NCBI RefSeq assembly: GCF_002854065.1 | Contig: NZ_CP024147.1 | Length of the DNA stretch: 64,000 nucleotides | Strand: one strand, 5' to 3' | DNA from: Escherichia coli | Lineage (GTDB): Bacteria; Pseudomonadota; Gammaproteobacteria; Enterobacterales; Enterobacteriaceae | Translations under genes and position numbers: made by a program | In this document: positions 48,583 to 61,626 of the stretch, one piece after another | Position numbering within the stretch: position 1 is the stretch's first letter | Layout of the letters: the number at the start of each line of letters is the position of its first letter | Notes under the pieces: model-generated | Database searches by the model: none | What the model was told of the DNA's origin: nothing | Seen by the model: the letters and a program-made list of their open reading frames with translations, nothing else

Positions 48583-50699
48583 CGCAGGAAACGATGGATT
48601 ACCACGCGCTGAATGCGATGCTTAACCTCTACGATAGCGCAGGTCGCATTCAGTTCGATAAAGACCGCCAGGCCGTTGACGCCTTTATTGCGACGCATGT
48701 GCGTCCGAACAGTGTGACCTTCAGTAGCCAGCAGCAGCGCCTGAACTGGCTGGTCAACGAAGGTTACTATGATGAAAGCGTTCTTAATCGCTACCCTCGC
48801 GACTTTGTCATTACGCTGTTTGCCCACGCACACACCAGCGGTTTTCGTTTCCAGACATTCCTCGGGGCATGGAAGTTTTACACCAGCTATACGTTGAAGA
48901 CATTCGACGGTAAACGTTATCTGGAAGATTTTGCCGATCGAGTCACGATGGTGGCGCTGACGCTGGCACAAGGCGATGAAACACTGGCGACGCAGCTCAC
49001 TGATGAGATGCTGTCAGGACGCTTTCAGCCAGCCACGCCGACATTCCTCAACTGCGGTAAGCAGCAGCGCGGCGAACTGGTTTCCTGTTTTCTGCTGCGT
49101 ATTGAAGACAATATGGAGTCGATTGGCCGGGCGGTAAATTCCGCACTACAACTGTCGAAACGCGGCGGCGGCGTGGCATTTTTGCTGTCGAATCTGCGAG
49201 AAGCGGGCGCGCCAATTAAACGTATTGAAAATCAATCTTCTGGCGTAATTCTGGTGATGAAAATGCTGGAAGACGCATTTTCCTATGCCAACCAACTCGG
49301 CGCTCGTCAGGGGGCTGGTGCAGTCTATTTACATGCTCATCATCCCGATATTCTGCGTTTTCTCGACACGAAACGGGAAAATGCCGACGAAAAAATCCGC
49401 ATTAAAACACTGTCGCTGGGCGTGGTGATCCCGGATATCACTTTCCATCTGGCAAAAGAGAATGCGCAGATGGCGCTGTTTTCGCCTTATGACGTAGAGC
49501 GAGTTTATGGCAAGCCGTTTGCCGATGTGGCCATCAGCCAACACTATGACGAACTGGTTGCCGATGAACGCATTCGCAAAAAATACCTCAACGCCCGTGA
49601 TTTCTTCCAGCGACTGGCAGAAATCCAGTTTGAGTCTGGCTATCCGTACATCATGTATGAAGACACGGTAAACCGTGCTAACCCTATCGCCGGGCGCATA
49701 AATATGAGTAATCTCTGCTCAGAAATTTTGCAGGTTAACAGCGCCTCAGAGTATGACGAGAATCTCGACTATACCCGCACAGGCCATGATATTTCCTGCA
49801 ATTTAGGTTCGTTGAATATTGCGCACACCATGGATTCCCCCGATTTTGCCCGCACGGTAGAGACTGCCGTGCGCGGTTTAACGGCAGTATCAGATATGAG
49901 TCATATCCGCAGCGTGCCGTCCATCGAAGCCGGAAATGCCGCCTCGCACGCCATCGGACTGGGGCAGATGAATTTACACGGCTATCTGGCGCGAGAAGGC
50001 ATCGCTTATGGTTCGCCGGAAGCACTGGATTTCACCAATCTCTATTTCTATGCCATCACCTGGCACGCACTGCGTACCTCGATGTTGCTGGCGCGCGAAC
50101 GCGGTCAAACCTTCGCCGGGTTCAAACAGTCACGCTATGCCAGTGGTGAATATTTTAGCCAATATCTGCAAGGGAACTGGCAGCCGAAAACGGCGAAAGT
50201 TGGCGAACTGTTTACCCGTAGCGGTATTACGTTACCTACCCGTGAGATGTGGGCGCAGCTGCGCGATGACGTGATGCGCTACGGCATTTACAACCAGAAT
50301 CTTCAGGCGGTGCCGCCAACCGGTTCTATCTCTTATATCAACCATGCTACGTCGAGTATTCATCCGATTGTGGCGAAAGTAGAGATACGCAAAGAGGGCA
50401 AAACAGGACGCGTTTACTACCCTGCCCCGTTTATGACTAACGAGAATCTGGCGCTGTATCAGGACGCTTACGAAATTGGCGCAGAAAAGATCATCGACAC
50501 CTACGCGGAAGCGACTCGCCATGTCGATCAGGGGCTGTCGCTGACGCTGTTTTTCCCCGATACCGCCACCACTCGCGATATCAACAAAGCGCAGATTTAC
50601 GCCTGGCGCAAAGGTATCAAAACGCTCTATTACATCCGGCTGCGTCAGATGGCGCTGGAAGGCACTGAAATTGAAGGCTGCGTCTCCTGTGCACTTTAA
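48555..50699 (+). CDS. nrdE: Class Ib ribonucleotide reductase alpha subunit
   Basis: 714-aa ORF; conserved RNR catalytic region including the NLCSEI segment. Confidence 0.95.
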
Positions 50700-51668
<969 letters not shown>

Positions 51669-51927
51669 GGGTGTTATTTTCAAAAATATCACTACCCGCG
51701 ACAGGGAAATAATTCCCGCCAAATAGCTTTTTATCACGCAAATATTTTGTGGTGATCTACACTGATACTCTGTTGCATTATTCGCCTGAAACCACAATAT
51801 TCAGGCGTTTTTTCGCTATCTTTGACAAAAAATATCAACTTTTCTCGATTTGCTCTCAGCCCTTATATCACGGGAAATTCCGGCGATTTGCTCGCATCAA
51901 TATTCATGCCACATTTGCCATCAGGGG

Positions 51928-51955
51928 TTGCCTCAGATTCTCAGTATGTTAGGGT
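51928..51955 (+). promoter_or_regulatory. proU osmoregulated promoter
   Basis: TTGCCT-N16-TAGGGT upstream of proV, as recalled for the K-12 proU promoter; the AT-rich start of proV corresponds to the known H-NS-bound downstream regulatory element. Confidence 0.6.
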
Positions 51956-52023
51956 AGAAAAAAGTGACTATTTCCATTGGGTAATATATCAACATAAACA
52001 AATAACAGGAATCTTTCTATTGC

Positions 52024-53226
52024 ATGGCAATTAAATTAGAAATTAAAAATCTTTATAAAATATTTGGTGAGCATCCACAGCGAGCGTTCAAATATATCGA
52101 ACAAGGACTTTCAAAAGAACAAATTCTGGAAAAAACTGGGCTATCGCTTGGCGTAAAAGACGCCAGTCTGGCCATTGAAGAAGGCGAGATATTTGTCATC
52201 ATGGGATTATCCGGCTCGGGTAAATCCACAATGGTACGCCTTCTCAATCGCCTGATTGAACCCACCCGCGGGCAAGTACTGATTGATGGTGTGGATATTG
52301 CCAAAATATCCGACGCCGAACTCCGTGAGGTGCGCAGAAAAAAGATTGCGATGGTCTTCCAGTCCTTTGCCTTAATGCCGCATATGACCGTGCTGGACAA
52401 TACTGCGTTTGGTATGGAATTGGCCGGAATTAATGCCGAAGAACGCCGGGAAAAAGCCATTGATGCACTGCGTCAGGTCGGGCTGGAAAATTATGCCCAC
52501 AGCTACCCGGATGAACTCTCTGGCGGGATGCGTCAACGTGTGGGATTAGCCCGCGCGTTAGCGATTAATCCGGATATTTTATTAATGGATGAAGCCTTCT
52601 CGGCGCTCGATCCATTAATTCGCACCGAGATGCAGGATGAGCTGGTAAAATTACAGGCGAAACATCAGCGCACCATTGTCTTTATTTCCCACGATCTCGA
52701 TGAAGCCATGCGTATTGGCGACCGAATTGCCATTATGCAAAATGGTGAAGTGGTACAGGTCGGCACACCGGATGAAATTCTCAATAATCCGGCGAATGAT
52801 TATGTCCGTACCTTCTTCCGTGGCGTTGATATTAGTCAGGTATTCAGTGCGAAAGATATTGCCCGCCGGACACCGAATGGCTTAATTCGTAAAACCCCTG
52901 GCTTCGGCCCACGTTCGGCACTGAAATTATTGCAGGATGAAGATCGCGAATATGGCTACGTTATCGAACGCGGTAATAAGTTTGTCGGCGCAGTCTCCAT
53001 CGATTCGCTTAAAACCGCGTTAACGCAGCAGCAAGGTCTTGATGCGGCGCTGATTGATGCGCCGTTAGCAGTCGATGCACAAACGCCTCTTAGCGAGTTG
53101 CTCTCTCATGTCGGACAGGCACCCTGTGCGGTGCCCGTGGTCGACGAGGACCAACAGTATGTCGGCATCATTTCGAAAGGAATGCTGCTGCGCGCTTTAG
53201 ATCGTGAGGGGGTAAATAATGGCTGA
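52024..53226 (+). CDS. proV: Glycine betaine/proline ABC transporter, ATPase subunit (with CBS domains)
   Basis: 400-aa ORF; Walker [13 protein letters not shown] signature LSGGMRQR. Confidence 0.95.
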   Translation: MAIKLEIKNLYKIFGEHPQRAFKYIEQGLSKEQILEKTGLSLGVKDASLAIEEGEIFVIMGLSGSGKSTMVRLLNRLIEPTRGQVLIDGVDIAKISDAELREVRRKKIAMVFQSFALMPHMTVLDNTAFGMELAGINAEERREKAIDALRQVGLENYAHSYPDELSGGMRQRVGLARALAINPDILLMDEAFSALDPLIRTEMQDELVKLQAKHQRTIVFISHDLDEAMRIGDRIAIMQNGEVVQVGTPDEILNNPANDYVRTFFRGVDISQVFSAKDIARRTPNGLIRKTPGFGPRSALKLLQDEDREYGYVIERGNKFVGAVSIDSLKTALTQQQGLDAALIDAPLAVDAQTPLSELLSHVGQAPCAVPVVDEDQQYVGIISKGMLLRALDREGVNNG

Positions 53227-54283
53227 TCAAAATAATCCGTGGGATGCCACGCCAGCGGCGGACAGTGCCGCGCAATCCGCAGACGCCTGGGGTACACCGA
53301 CGACTGCACCGACTGACGGCGGTGGCGCTGACTGGCTGACCAGTACGCCTGCGCCAAACGTCGAGCATTTTAATATTCTCGATCCGTTCCATAAAACGCT
53401 GATCCCGCTCGACAGTTGGGTCACTGAAGGGATCGACTGGGTCGTTACCCATTTCCGTCCCGTCTTCCAGGGCGTGCGCGTTCCGGTTGATTATATCCTC
53501 AACGGTTTCCAGCAATTGCTGCTGGGTATGCCCGCGCCGGTGGCGATTATCGTTTTCGCTCTCATCGCCTGGCAGATTTCCGGGGTCGGAATGGGCGTGG
53601 CGACGCTGGTTTCGCTGATTGCCATCGGCGCAATCGGTGCCTGGTCGCAGGCAATGGTTACTCTGGCGCTGGTGTTAACCGCCCTGCTGTTCTGTATCGT
53701 CATCGGTTTGCCGTTGGGGATCTGGCTGGCGAGAAGTCCGCGAGCGGCGAAAATTATTCGTCCACTGCTTGATGCCATGCAGACCACGCCAGCGTTTGTT
53801 TATCTGGTGCCAATCGTCATGCTATTTGGTATCGGTAACGTGCCGGGCGTGGTGGTGACGATCATCTTTGCTCTGCCGCCGATTATCCGTCTGACCATTC
53901 TGGGGATTAACCAGGTTCCGGCGGATCTGATTGAAGCCTCGCGCTCATTCGGTGCCAGCCCGCGCCAGATGCTGTTCAAAGTTCAGTTACCGCTGGCGAT
54001 GCCGACCATTATGGCGGGCGTTAACCAGACGCTGATGCTGGCCCTTTCTATGGTGGTCATCGCCTCGATGATTGCCGTCGGCGGGCTGGGTCAGATGGTA
54101 CTTCGCGGTATCGGTCGTCTGGATATGGGGCTTGCCACCGTTGGCGGCGTCGGGATTGTGATCCTCGCCATTATCCTCGATCGTCTGACGCAGGCCGTTG
54201 GGCGCGACTCACGCAGTCGCGGCAACCGTCGCTGGTACACCACTGGCCCTGTCGGTCTGCTGACCCGCCCATTCATTAAGTAA
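53219..54283 (+). CDS. proW: Glycine betaine/proline ABC transporter, permease
   Basis: 354-aa membrane ORF; 8-nt overlap with proV. Confidence 0.95.
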
Positions 54284-54339
54284 CTCTGCACTTGCCCGGT
54301 GACGCCGGGCATATCACCCTGCCAAAAAAAGGAATAACA

Positions 54340-55332
54340 ATGCGACATAGCGTACTTTTTGCGACAGCGTTTGCCACGCTTATCTCTACACAAACTTTTG
54401 CTGCCGATCTGCCGGGCAAAGGCATTACTGTTAATCCAGTTCAAAGCACCATCACCGAAGAAACCTTCCAGACACTGCTGGTCAGTCGTGCGCTGGAGAA
54501 ATTAGGTTATACCGTCAATAAACCCAGCGAAGTGGATTACAACGTTGGCTACACCTCGCTTGCTTCCGGCGATGCAACCTTCACCGCCGTGAACTGGACG
54601 CCACTGCATGACAACATGTACGAAGCTGCCGGTGGCGATAAGAAATTTTATCGTGAAGGGGTATTTGTTAACGGCGCGGCACAGGGTTACCTGATCGATA
54701 AGAAAACCGCCGACCAGTACAAAATCACCAACATCGCACAACTAAAAGATCCGAAGATCGCCAAACTGTTCGATACCAACGGCGACGGTAAAGCGGATTT
54801 GACTGGCTGTAACCCTGGCTGGGGCTGCGAAGGTGCGATCAACCACCAGCTTGCCGCGTATGAACTGACCAATACCGTGACGCATAATCAGGGGAACTAC
54901 GCGGCGATGATGGCTGACACCATCAGTCGTTACAAAGAGGGCAAACCGGTGTTTTACTACACCTGGACGCCGTACTGGGTGAGTAATGAGCTGAAGCCAG
55001 GGAAAGATGTGGTCTGGTTGCAGGTGCCGTTCTCTGCACTGCCGGGCGATAAAAATGCCGATACCAAACTGCCGAATGGCGCGAATTACGGCTTCCCGGT
55101 CAGCACCATGCATATCGTTGCCAATAAAGCCTGGGCCGAGAAAAACCCGGCAGCAGCGAAACTGTTTGCCATTATGCAGTTGCCAGTGGCAGATATTAAC
55201 GCCCAGAACGCCATTATGCATGACGGCAAAGCCTCAGAAGGCGATATTCAGGGCCACGTTGATGGCTGGATCAAAGCCCACCAGCAACAGTTCGATGGCT
55301 GGGTGAATGAGGCGTTGGCAGCGCAGAAGTAA
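54340..55332 (+). CDS. proX: Glycine betaine/proline ABC transporter, periplasmic binding protein
   Basis: Start moved to [21 protein letters not shown] (signal peptide), 330 aa. Confidence 0.93.
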
Positions 55333-55340
55333 TTTTTATT

Positions 55341-55425
<85 letters not shown>

Positions 55426-55523
55426 CCACACCGCACATTTCAACAATCTATCTTTCATCCCATATTCATCAACATCCGCTATTATTGATTTCCAGCTTAA
55501 TCATCACCTGATGAACAAAAATA

Positions 55524-56708
55524 ATGACTAAACCTAATCATGAGCTTAGCCCGGCGCTGATCGTGCTGATGTCTATCGCCACCGGTCTGGCGGTAGCCAG
55601 TAACTATTACGCCCAGCCATTGCTCGACACCATCGCGCGTAACTTTTCCCTTTCCGCCAGTTCGGCAGGCTTTATTGTTACCGCCGCGCAGTTGGGCTAT
55701 GCCGCAGGTCTACTGTTTCTTGTTCCCCTCGGTGATATGTTTGAACGCCGCCGCCTGATTGTCTCGATGACCTTACTGGCAGCGGGCGGTATGTTAATCA
55801 CTGCCAGCAGTCAGTCACTGGCGATGATGATCCTCGGTACGGCATTAACCGGTTTATTCTCAGTCGTGGCACAAATTCTGGTTCCGCTGGCAGCGACGCT
55901 GGCTTCACCGGATAAACGCGGCAAAGTGGTTGGCACCATTATGAGCGGTCTGCTGTTGGGGATATTGCTGGCACGAACCGTTGCCGGGTTACTGGCAAAC
56001 CTCGGCGGCTGGCGCACCGTCTTTTGGGTTGCCTCGGTGTTAATGGCTCTGATGGCGCTGGCATTATGGCGTGGTCTGCCACAAATGAAATCAGAAACCC
56101 ACCTCAACTACCCACAGTTGTTGGGTTCCGTTTTCAGCATGTTTATCAACGATAAGATCCTGCGCACCCGCGCGTTGCTGGGCTGCCTGACCTTTGCCAA
56201 CTTCAGCATTCTCTGGACCTCAATGGCCTTTTTGCTTGCCGCCCCACCTTTTAACTACAGCGATGGTGTCATTGGTCTGTTTGGGCTTGCGGGAGCTGCC
56301 GGAGCGTTGGGCGCTCGTCCGGCGGGCGGTTTTGCCGACAAGGGCAAATCGCACCACACAACAACTTTCGGTCTGCTTCTGCTGTTACTTTCATGGCTGG
56401 CAATCTGGTTTGGTCACACTTCCGTACTGGCGCTGATTATCGGCATCCTGGTGCTGGACCTCACCGTGCAGGGCGTGCATATCACTAACCAGACGGTAAT
56501 TTATCGAATACATCCTGATGCGCGTAATCGCCTGACCGCAGGTTACATGACCAGCTACTTTATTGGCGGTGCCGCCGGATCGCTAATTTCAGCCTCAGCC
56601 TGGCAACATGGCGGTTGGGCTGGCGTTTGTCTGGCTGGCGCGACGATTGCCCTGGTTAACTTACTGGTCTGGTGGCGAGGTTTTCATCGTCAGGAAGCCG
56701 CAAATTAA
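55524..56708 (+). CDS. ygaY: MFS transporter YgaY (intact reading frame)
   Basis: 394-aa uninterrupted ORF with about 12 hydrophobic segments. Confidence 0.85.
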   Translation: MTKPNHELSPALIVLMSIATGLAVASNYYAQPLLDTIARNFSLSASSAGFIVTAAQLGYAAGLLFLVPLGDMFERRRLIVSMTLLAAGGMLITASSQSLAMMILGTALTGLFSVVAQILVPLAATLASPDKRGKVVGTIMSGLLLGILLARTVAGLLANLGGWRTVFWVASVLMALMALALWRGLPQMKSETHLNYPQLLGSVFSMFINDKILRTRALLGCLTFANFSILWTSMAFLLAAPPFNYSDGVIGLFGLAGAAGALGARPAGGFADKGKSHHTTTFGLLLLLLSWLAIWFGHTSVLALIIGILVLDLTVQGVHITNQTVIYRIHPDARNRLTAGYMTSYFIGGAAGSLISASAWQHGGWAGVCLAGATIALVNLLVWWRGFHRQEAAN

Positions 56709-56831
56709 GCAATCAGCAACCGTTTTCGTGGCTTTACACTTATAAGGGTGTTAAGAAGCCCATCAGTCTGATAAGGTTAAGATATTCATTCAGTCTATTT
56801 ATAATATTAACAATCGTTAAGCGTACACTCT

Positions 56832-57569
56832 ATGGAAAGCCCTACTCCACAGCCTGCTCCTGGTTCGGCGACCTTCATGGAAGGATGCAAAGACAGTTTA
56901 CCGATTGTTATTAGTTATATTCCGGTGGCCTTTGCGTTCGGTCTGAATGCGACCCGTCTGGGATTCTCTCCTCTCGAAAGCGTTTTTTTCTCCTGCATCA
57001 TTTATGCAGGCGCGAGCCAGTTCGTCATTACCGCGATGCTGGCAGCAGGGAGTAGTTTGTGGGTTGCTGCACTGACCGTCATGGCAATGGATGTTCGCCA
57101 TGTTTTGTATGGCCCGTCACTGCGTAGCCGTATTATTCAGCGTCTGCAAAAATCGAAAACCGCCCTATGGGCGTTTGGCCTGACGGATGAGGTTTTTGCC
57201 GCCGCCACCGCAAAACTGGTACGCAATAATCGCCGCTGGAGCGAGAACTGGATGATCGGCATTGCCTTCAGTTCATGGTCATCGTGGGTCTTTGGTACGG
57301 TAATAGGGGCATTCTCCGGCAGCGGCTTGCTGCAAGGTTATCCCGCCGTTGAAGCAGCATTAGGTTTTATGCTTCCGGCACTCTTTATGAGTTTCCTGCT
57401 CGCCTCTTTCCAGCGCAAACAATCTCTTTGCGTTACCGCAGCGTTAGTTGGTGCCCTTGCAGGCGTAACGCTATTTTCTATTCCCGTCGCCATTCTGGCA
57501 GGCATTGTCTGTGGCTGCCTCACTGCGTTAATCCAGGCATTCTGGCAAGGAGCGCCCGATGAGCTATGA
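56832..57569 (+). CDS. ygaZ: AzlC-family branched-chain amino acid (L-valine) exporter, large subunit
   Basis: 245-aa membrane ORF. Confidence 0.9.
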   Translation: MESPTPQPAPGSATFMEGCKDSLPIVISYIPVAFAFGLNATRLGFSPLESVFFSCIIYAGASQFVITAMLAAGSSLWVAALTVMAMDVRHVLYGPSLRSRIIQRLQKSKTALWAFGLTDEVFAAATAKLVRNNRRWSENWMIGIAFSSWSSWVFGTVIGAFSGSGLLQGYPAVEAALGFMLPALFMSFLLASFQRKQSLCVTAALVGALAGVTLFSIPVAILAGIVCGCLTALIQAFWQGAPDEL

Positions 57570-57894
57570 GGTTCTGCTGCTTGGGTTACTGGTTGGCGCG
57601 GCGAATTATTGCTTCCGCTATTTGCCGCTGCGCCTGCGTGTGGGTAATGCCCGCCCAACCAAACGTGGCGCGGTAGGTATTTTGCTCGACACCATTGGCA
57701 TCGCCTCGATATGCGCTCTGCTGGTTGTCTCTACCGCACCAGAAGTGATGCACGATACACGCCGTTTCGTGCCCACGCTGGTCGGCTTCGCGGTACTGGG
57801 TGCCAGTTTCTATAAAACACGCAGCATTATCATCCCAACACTGCTTAGTGCGCTGGCCTATGGGCTCGCCTGGAAAGTGATGGCGATTATATAA
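57559..57894 (+). CDS. ygaH: AzlD-family exporter small subunit
   Basis: 111-aa membrane ORF; 11-nt overlap with ygaZ. Confidence 0.9.
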   Translation: MSYEVLLLGLLVGAANYCFRYLPLRLRVGNARPTKRGAVGILLDTIGIASICALLVVSTAPEVMHDTRRFVPTLVGFAVLGASFYKTRSIIIPTLLSALAYGLAWKVMAII

Positions 57895-57984
57895 CCCACA
57901 AGAATCATTTTTCTAAAACAATACATTTACTTTATTTGTCACTGTCGTTACTATATCGGCTGAAATTAATGAGGTCATACCCAA

Positions 57985-58515
57985 ATGGATAGTTCGTTTA
58001 CGCCCATTGAACAAATGCTAAAATTTCGCGCCAGCCGCCACGAAGATTTTCCTTATCAGGAGATCCTTCTGACTCGTCTTTGCATGCACATGCAAAGCAA
58101 GCTGCTGGAGAACCGCAATAAAATGCTGAAGGCTCAGGGGATTAACGAGACGTTGTTTATGGCGTTGATTACGCTGGAGTCTCAGGAAAACCACAGTATT
58201 CAGCCTTCTGAATTAAGTTGTGCTCTTGGATCATCCCGTACCAACGCGACGCGTATTGCCGATGAACTGGAAAAACGCGGTTGGATCGAACGTCGTGAAA
58301 GCGATAACGATCGCCGCTGCCTGCATCTGCAATTAACGGAAAAAGGTCACGAGTTTTTGCGCGAGGTTTTACCACCGCAGCATAACTGCCTGCATCAACT
58401 CTGGTCCGCGCTCAGCACAACAGAAAAAGATCAGCTCGAGCAAATCACCCGCAAATTGCTCTCCCGTCTCGACCAGATGGAACAAGACGGTGTGGTTCTC
58501 GAAGCGATGAGCTAA
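57985..58515 (+). CDS. mprA: MarR-family repressor MprA (EmrR)
   Basis: 176-aa [52 protein letters not shown]... Confidence 0.93.
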
Positions 58516-58572
58516 CGCGTCATCTCGCTCAAAAATCCAGATTTATAAAAGAAAAAATGACTGGCCAGCATC

Positions 58573-58603
58573 GCAACATGCTGGCCTTTTTGGCAAGCAG
58601 GTC
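58573..58603 (+). terminator. Intercistronic hairpin between mprA and emrA (possible attenuator)
   Basis: ggccagcat-cgcaac-atgctggcc followed by tttttgg. Confidence 0.6.
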
Positions 58604-58641
58604 GGCTCAGCCGATGAGTTAAGAAGATCGTGGAGAACAAT

Positions 58642-59814
58642 ATGAGCGCAAATGCGGAGACTCAAACCCCGCAGCAACCGGTAAAGAAGAGCGGCAAACG
58701 TAAGCGTCTGCTCCTCCTTCTCACCTTGCTCTTTATAATTATTGCCGTAGCGATAGGGATTTATTGGTTTTTGGTACTGCGTCATTTCGAAGAAACCGAT
58801 GACGCATACGTGGCAGGGAATCAGATTCAAATTATGTCTCAGGTGTCTGGCAGCGTGACGAAAGTCTGGGCCGATAACACCGATTTTGTAAAAGAAGGCG
58901 ACGTGCTGGTCACTCTCGACCCGACAGATGCTCGCCAGGCGTTTGAAAAAGCCAAAACTGCACTGGCTTCCAGCGTTCGCCAAACCCACCAGCTGATGAT
59001 TAACAGCAAACAGTTGCAGGCGAATATTGAGGTGCAAAAAATCGCCCTCGCGAAAGCACAAAGCGACTACAACCGCCGTGTGCCGCTGGGCAATGCCAAC
59101 CTGATTGGTCGCGAAGAGCTGCAACACGCCCGCGACGCCGTTACCAGTGCCCAGGCGCAACTGGACGTCGCGATTCAACAATACAATGCCAATCAGGCGA
59201 TGATTCTGGGGACTAAACTGGAAGATCAGCCTGCCGTGCAACAGGCTGCCACCGAAGTACGTAACGCCTGGCTGGCGCTGGAGCGTACTCGTATTGTCAG
59301 TCCGATGACCGGTTATGTCTCCCGCCGCGCGGTACAGCCTGGGGCGCAAATTAGCCCAACGACGCCGCTCATGGCGGTCGTTCCAGCCACCAATATGTGG
59401 GTGGATGCCAACTTTAAAGAGACGCAGATTGCCAATATGCGTATCGGTCAGCCGGTCACTATCACCACCGATATTTACGGCGATGATGTGAAATACACCG
59501 GTAAAGTGGTTGGTCTGGATATGGGCACAGGTAGCGCGTTCTCACTGCTTCCGGCGCAAAATGCGACCGGTAACTGGATCAAAGTTGTTCAGCGTCTGCC
59601 TGTGCGTATCGAACTGGACCAGAAACAGCTGGAGCAATACCCGCTGCGTATCGGTTTATCCACGCTGGTGAGCGTCAATACCACTAACCGTGACGGTCAG
59701 GTACTGGCAAATAAAGTACGTTCCACTCCGGTAGCGGTAAGCACCGCGCGTGAAATCAGCCTGGCACCTGTCAATAAACTGATCGACGATATCGTAAAAG
59801 CTAACGCTGGCTAA
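58642..59814 (+). CDS. emrA: Multidrug efflux membrane fusion protein EmrA
   Basis: Start moved to MSANAETQTPQQPVKKSGKRKRLLLLLTLLFIIIAVAIG (390 aa). Confidence 0.93.
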   Translation: MSANAETQTPQQPVKKSGKRKRLLLLLTLLFIIIAVAIGIYWFLVLRHFEETDDAYVAGNQIQIMSQVSGSVTKVWADNTDFVKEGDVLVTLDPTDARQAFEKAKTALASSVRQTHQLMINSKQLQANIEVQKIALAKAQSDYNRRVPLGNANLIGREELQHARDAVTSAQAQLDVAIQQYNANQAMILGTKLEDQPAVQQAATEVRNAWLALERTRIVSPMTGYVSRRAVQPGAQISPTTPLMAVVPATNMWVDANFKETQIANMRIGQPVTITTDIYGDDVKYTGKVVGLDMGTGSAFSLLPAQNATGNWIKVVQRLPVRIELDQKQLEQYPLRIGLSTLVSVNTTNRDGQVLANKVRSTPVAVSTAREISLAPVNKLIDDIVKANAG

Positions 59815-59830
59815 TCCAGAGGTGCGTGTG

Positions 59831-61369
59831 ATGCAACAGCAAAAACCGCTGGAAGGCGCGCAACTGGTCATTATGACGATTGCGCTGTCACTAGCGACAT
59901 TCATGCAGGTGCTGGACTCCACCATTGCTAACGTGGCGATCCCCACTATCGCCGGGAATCTGGGCTCATCGCTCAGCCAGGGAACGTGGGTAATCACTTC
60001 TTTCGGGGTGGCGAATGCCATCTCGATCCCGCTTACCGGCTGGCTGGCAAAGCGCGTCGGGGAAGTGAAACTGTTCCTCTGGTCCACCATCGCCTTTGCT
60101 ATTGCGTCGTGGGCGTGTGGTGTCTCCAGCAGCCTAAATATGCTGATCTTCTTCCGCGTGATTCAGGGGATTGTCGCCGGGCCGTTGATCCCGCTTTCGC
60201 AAAGTCTATTGCTGAATAACTACCCGCCAGCCAAACGCTCAATCGCGCTGGCGTTGTGGTCGATGACGGTGATTGTCGCGCCAATTTGCGGCCCGATCCT
60301 CGGCGGCTATATCAGTGATAATTATCACTGGGGCTGGATATTCTTCATCAACGTGCCGATTGGCGTGGCGGTGGTGTTGATGACATTGCAGACGCTGCGC
60401 GGACGCGAAACCCGCACCGAACGGCGGCGGATTGATGCCGTGGGGCTGGCACTGCTGGTTATTGGTATCGGCAGCCTGCAGATTATGCTCGACCGCGGTA
60501 AAGAGCTGGACTGGTTTTCATCACAGGAAATTATCATCCTTACCGTGGTGGCGGTGGTGGCTATCTGCTTCCTGATTGTCTGGGAGCTGACCGACGATAA
60601 CCCGATAGTCGATCTGTCGTTGTTTAAGTCGCGCAACTTCACCATCGGCTGCTTGTGTATCAGCCTCGCGTATATGCTCTACTTCGGCGCTATTGTTCTG
60701 CTGCCGCAGTTGTTGCAGGAGGTCTACGGTTACACGGCAACGTGGGCAGGTCTGGCCTCTGCGCCGGTAGGGATTATTCCGGTGATCCTGTCGCCGATTA
60801 TCGGCCGCTTCGCGCATAAACTGGATATGCGGCGGCTGGTAACCTTCAGCTTTATTATGTATGCCGTCTGCTTCTACTGGCGTGCCTATACCTTTGAACC
60901 GGGCATGGATTTTGGCGCGTCGGCCTGGCCGCAGTTTATCCAGGGCTTCGCTGTGGCCTGCTTCTTTATGCCGCTGACCACCATTACGCTGTCTGGTTTG
61001 CCACCGGAACGACTGGCGGCGGCATCGAGTCTCTCCAACTTTACGCGTACGCTGGCGGGGTCTATCGGCACGTCGATAACCACAACCATGTGGACCAACC
61101 GCGAGTCGATGCACCATGCGCAGTTAACCGAGTCGGTAAACCCGTTCAACCCGAATGCCCAGGCGATGTACAGTCAACTGGAAGGGCTTGGGATGACGCA
61201 ACAGCAGGCCTCCGGCTGGATTGCCCAGCAGATCACTAACCAGGGGCTGATTATTTCCGCCAATGAGATCTTCTGGATGTCAGCCGGGATATTCCTCGTC
61301 CTGCTGGGGCTGGTGTGGTTTGCTAAACCGCCATTTGGCGCAGGTGGCGGCGGAGGCGGTGCGCACTAA
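59831..61369 (+). CDS. emrB: Multidrug efflux MFS transporter EmrB
   Basis: Start moved to MQQQKPLEGAQLVIMTIALSLATFMQV (512 aa); 14-TM MFS. Confidence 0.93.
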   Translation: MQQQKPLEGAQLVIMTIALSLATFMQVLDSTIANVAIPTIAGNLGSSLSQGTWVITSFGVANAISIPLTGWLAKRVGEVKLFLWSTIAFAIASWACGVSSSLNMLIFFRVIQGIVAGPLIPLSQSLLLNNYPPAKRSIALALWSMTVIVAPICGPILGGYISDNYHWGWIFFINVPIGVAVVLMTLQTLRGRETRTERRRIDAVGLALLVIGIGSLQIMLDRGKELDWFSSQEIIILTVVAVVAICFLIVWELTDDNPIVDLSLFKSRNFTIGCLCISLAYMLYFGAIVLLPQLLQEVYGYTATWAGLASAPVGIIPVILSPIIGRFAHKLDMRRLVTFSFIMYAVCFYWRAYTFEPGMDFGASAWPQFIQGFAVACFFMPLTTITLSGLPPERLAAASSLSNFTRTLAGSIGTSITTTMWTNRESMHHAQLTESVNPFNPNAQAMYSQLEGLGMTQQQASGWIAQQITNQGLIISANEIFWMSAGIFLVLLGLVWFAKPPFGAGGGGGGAH

Positions 61370-61377
61370 GGTTGTCA

Positions 61378-61404
61378 AAGGGAGCTTCGGCTCCCTTTTT
61401 ATTT
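61378..61404 (+). terminator. emrB intrinsic terminator
   Basis: gggagc-ttcg-gctccc followed by tttttattt. Confidence 0.75.
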
Positions 61405-61626
61405 GCTCATTGTGCAAACGGTTGTTTTATCCACTCATTCGGTGTATCTTTTCGCCGCCCCAAACTCTTCCATTCACTATTAACCGGTTCTGAGCATTCG
61501 CTCAGGTTGTTAATTCTCTTTTTCCTTCGCCCTCGCTTTCGCGGGTGATACTCACATTTTCCGTTTAACCCCATAACTCGCACCCTCGCGGGCGTACGTT
61601 TATTACACACAAAATAATGGATTATT

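Noticed and set aside
58543-59349. 268-aa minus-strand ORF
   Set aside because: Antisense to emrA and spans the mprA-emrA terminator; no plausible start context.
60521-61117. 198-aa minus-strand ORF
   Set aside because: Antisense to emrB; arginine-rich translation typical of GC-rich antisense frames.
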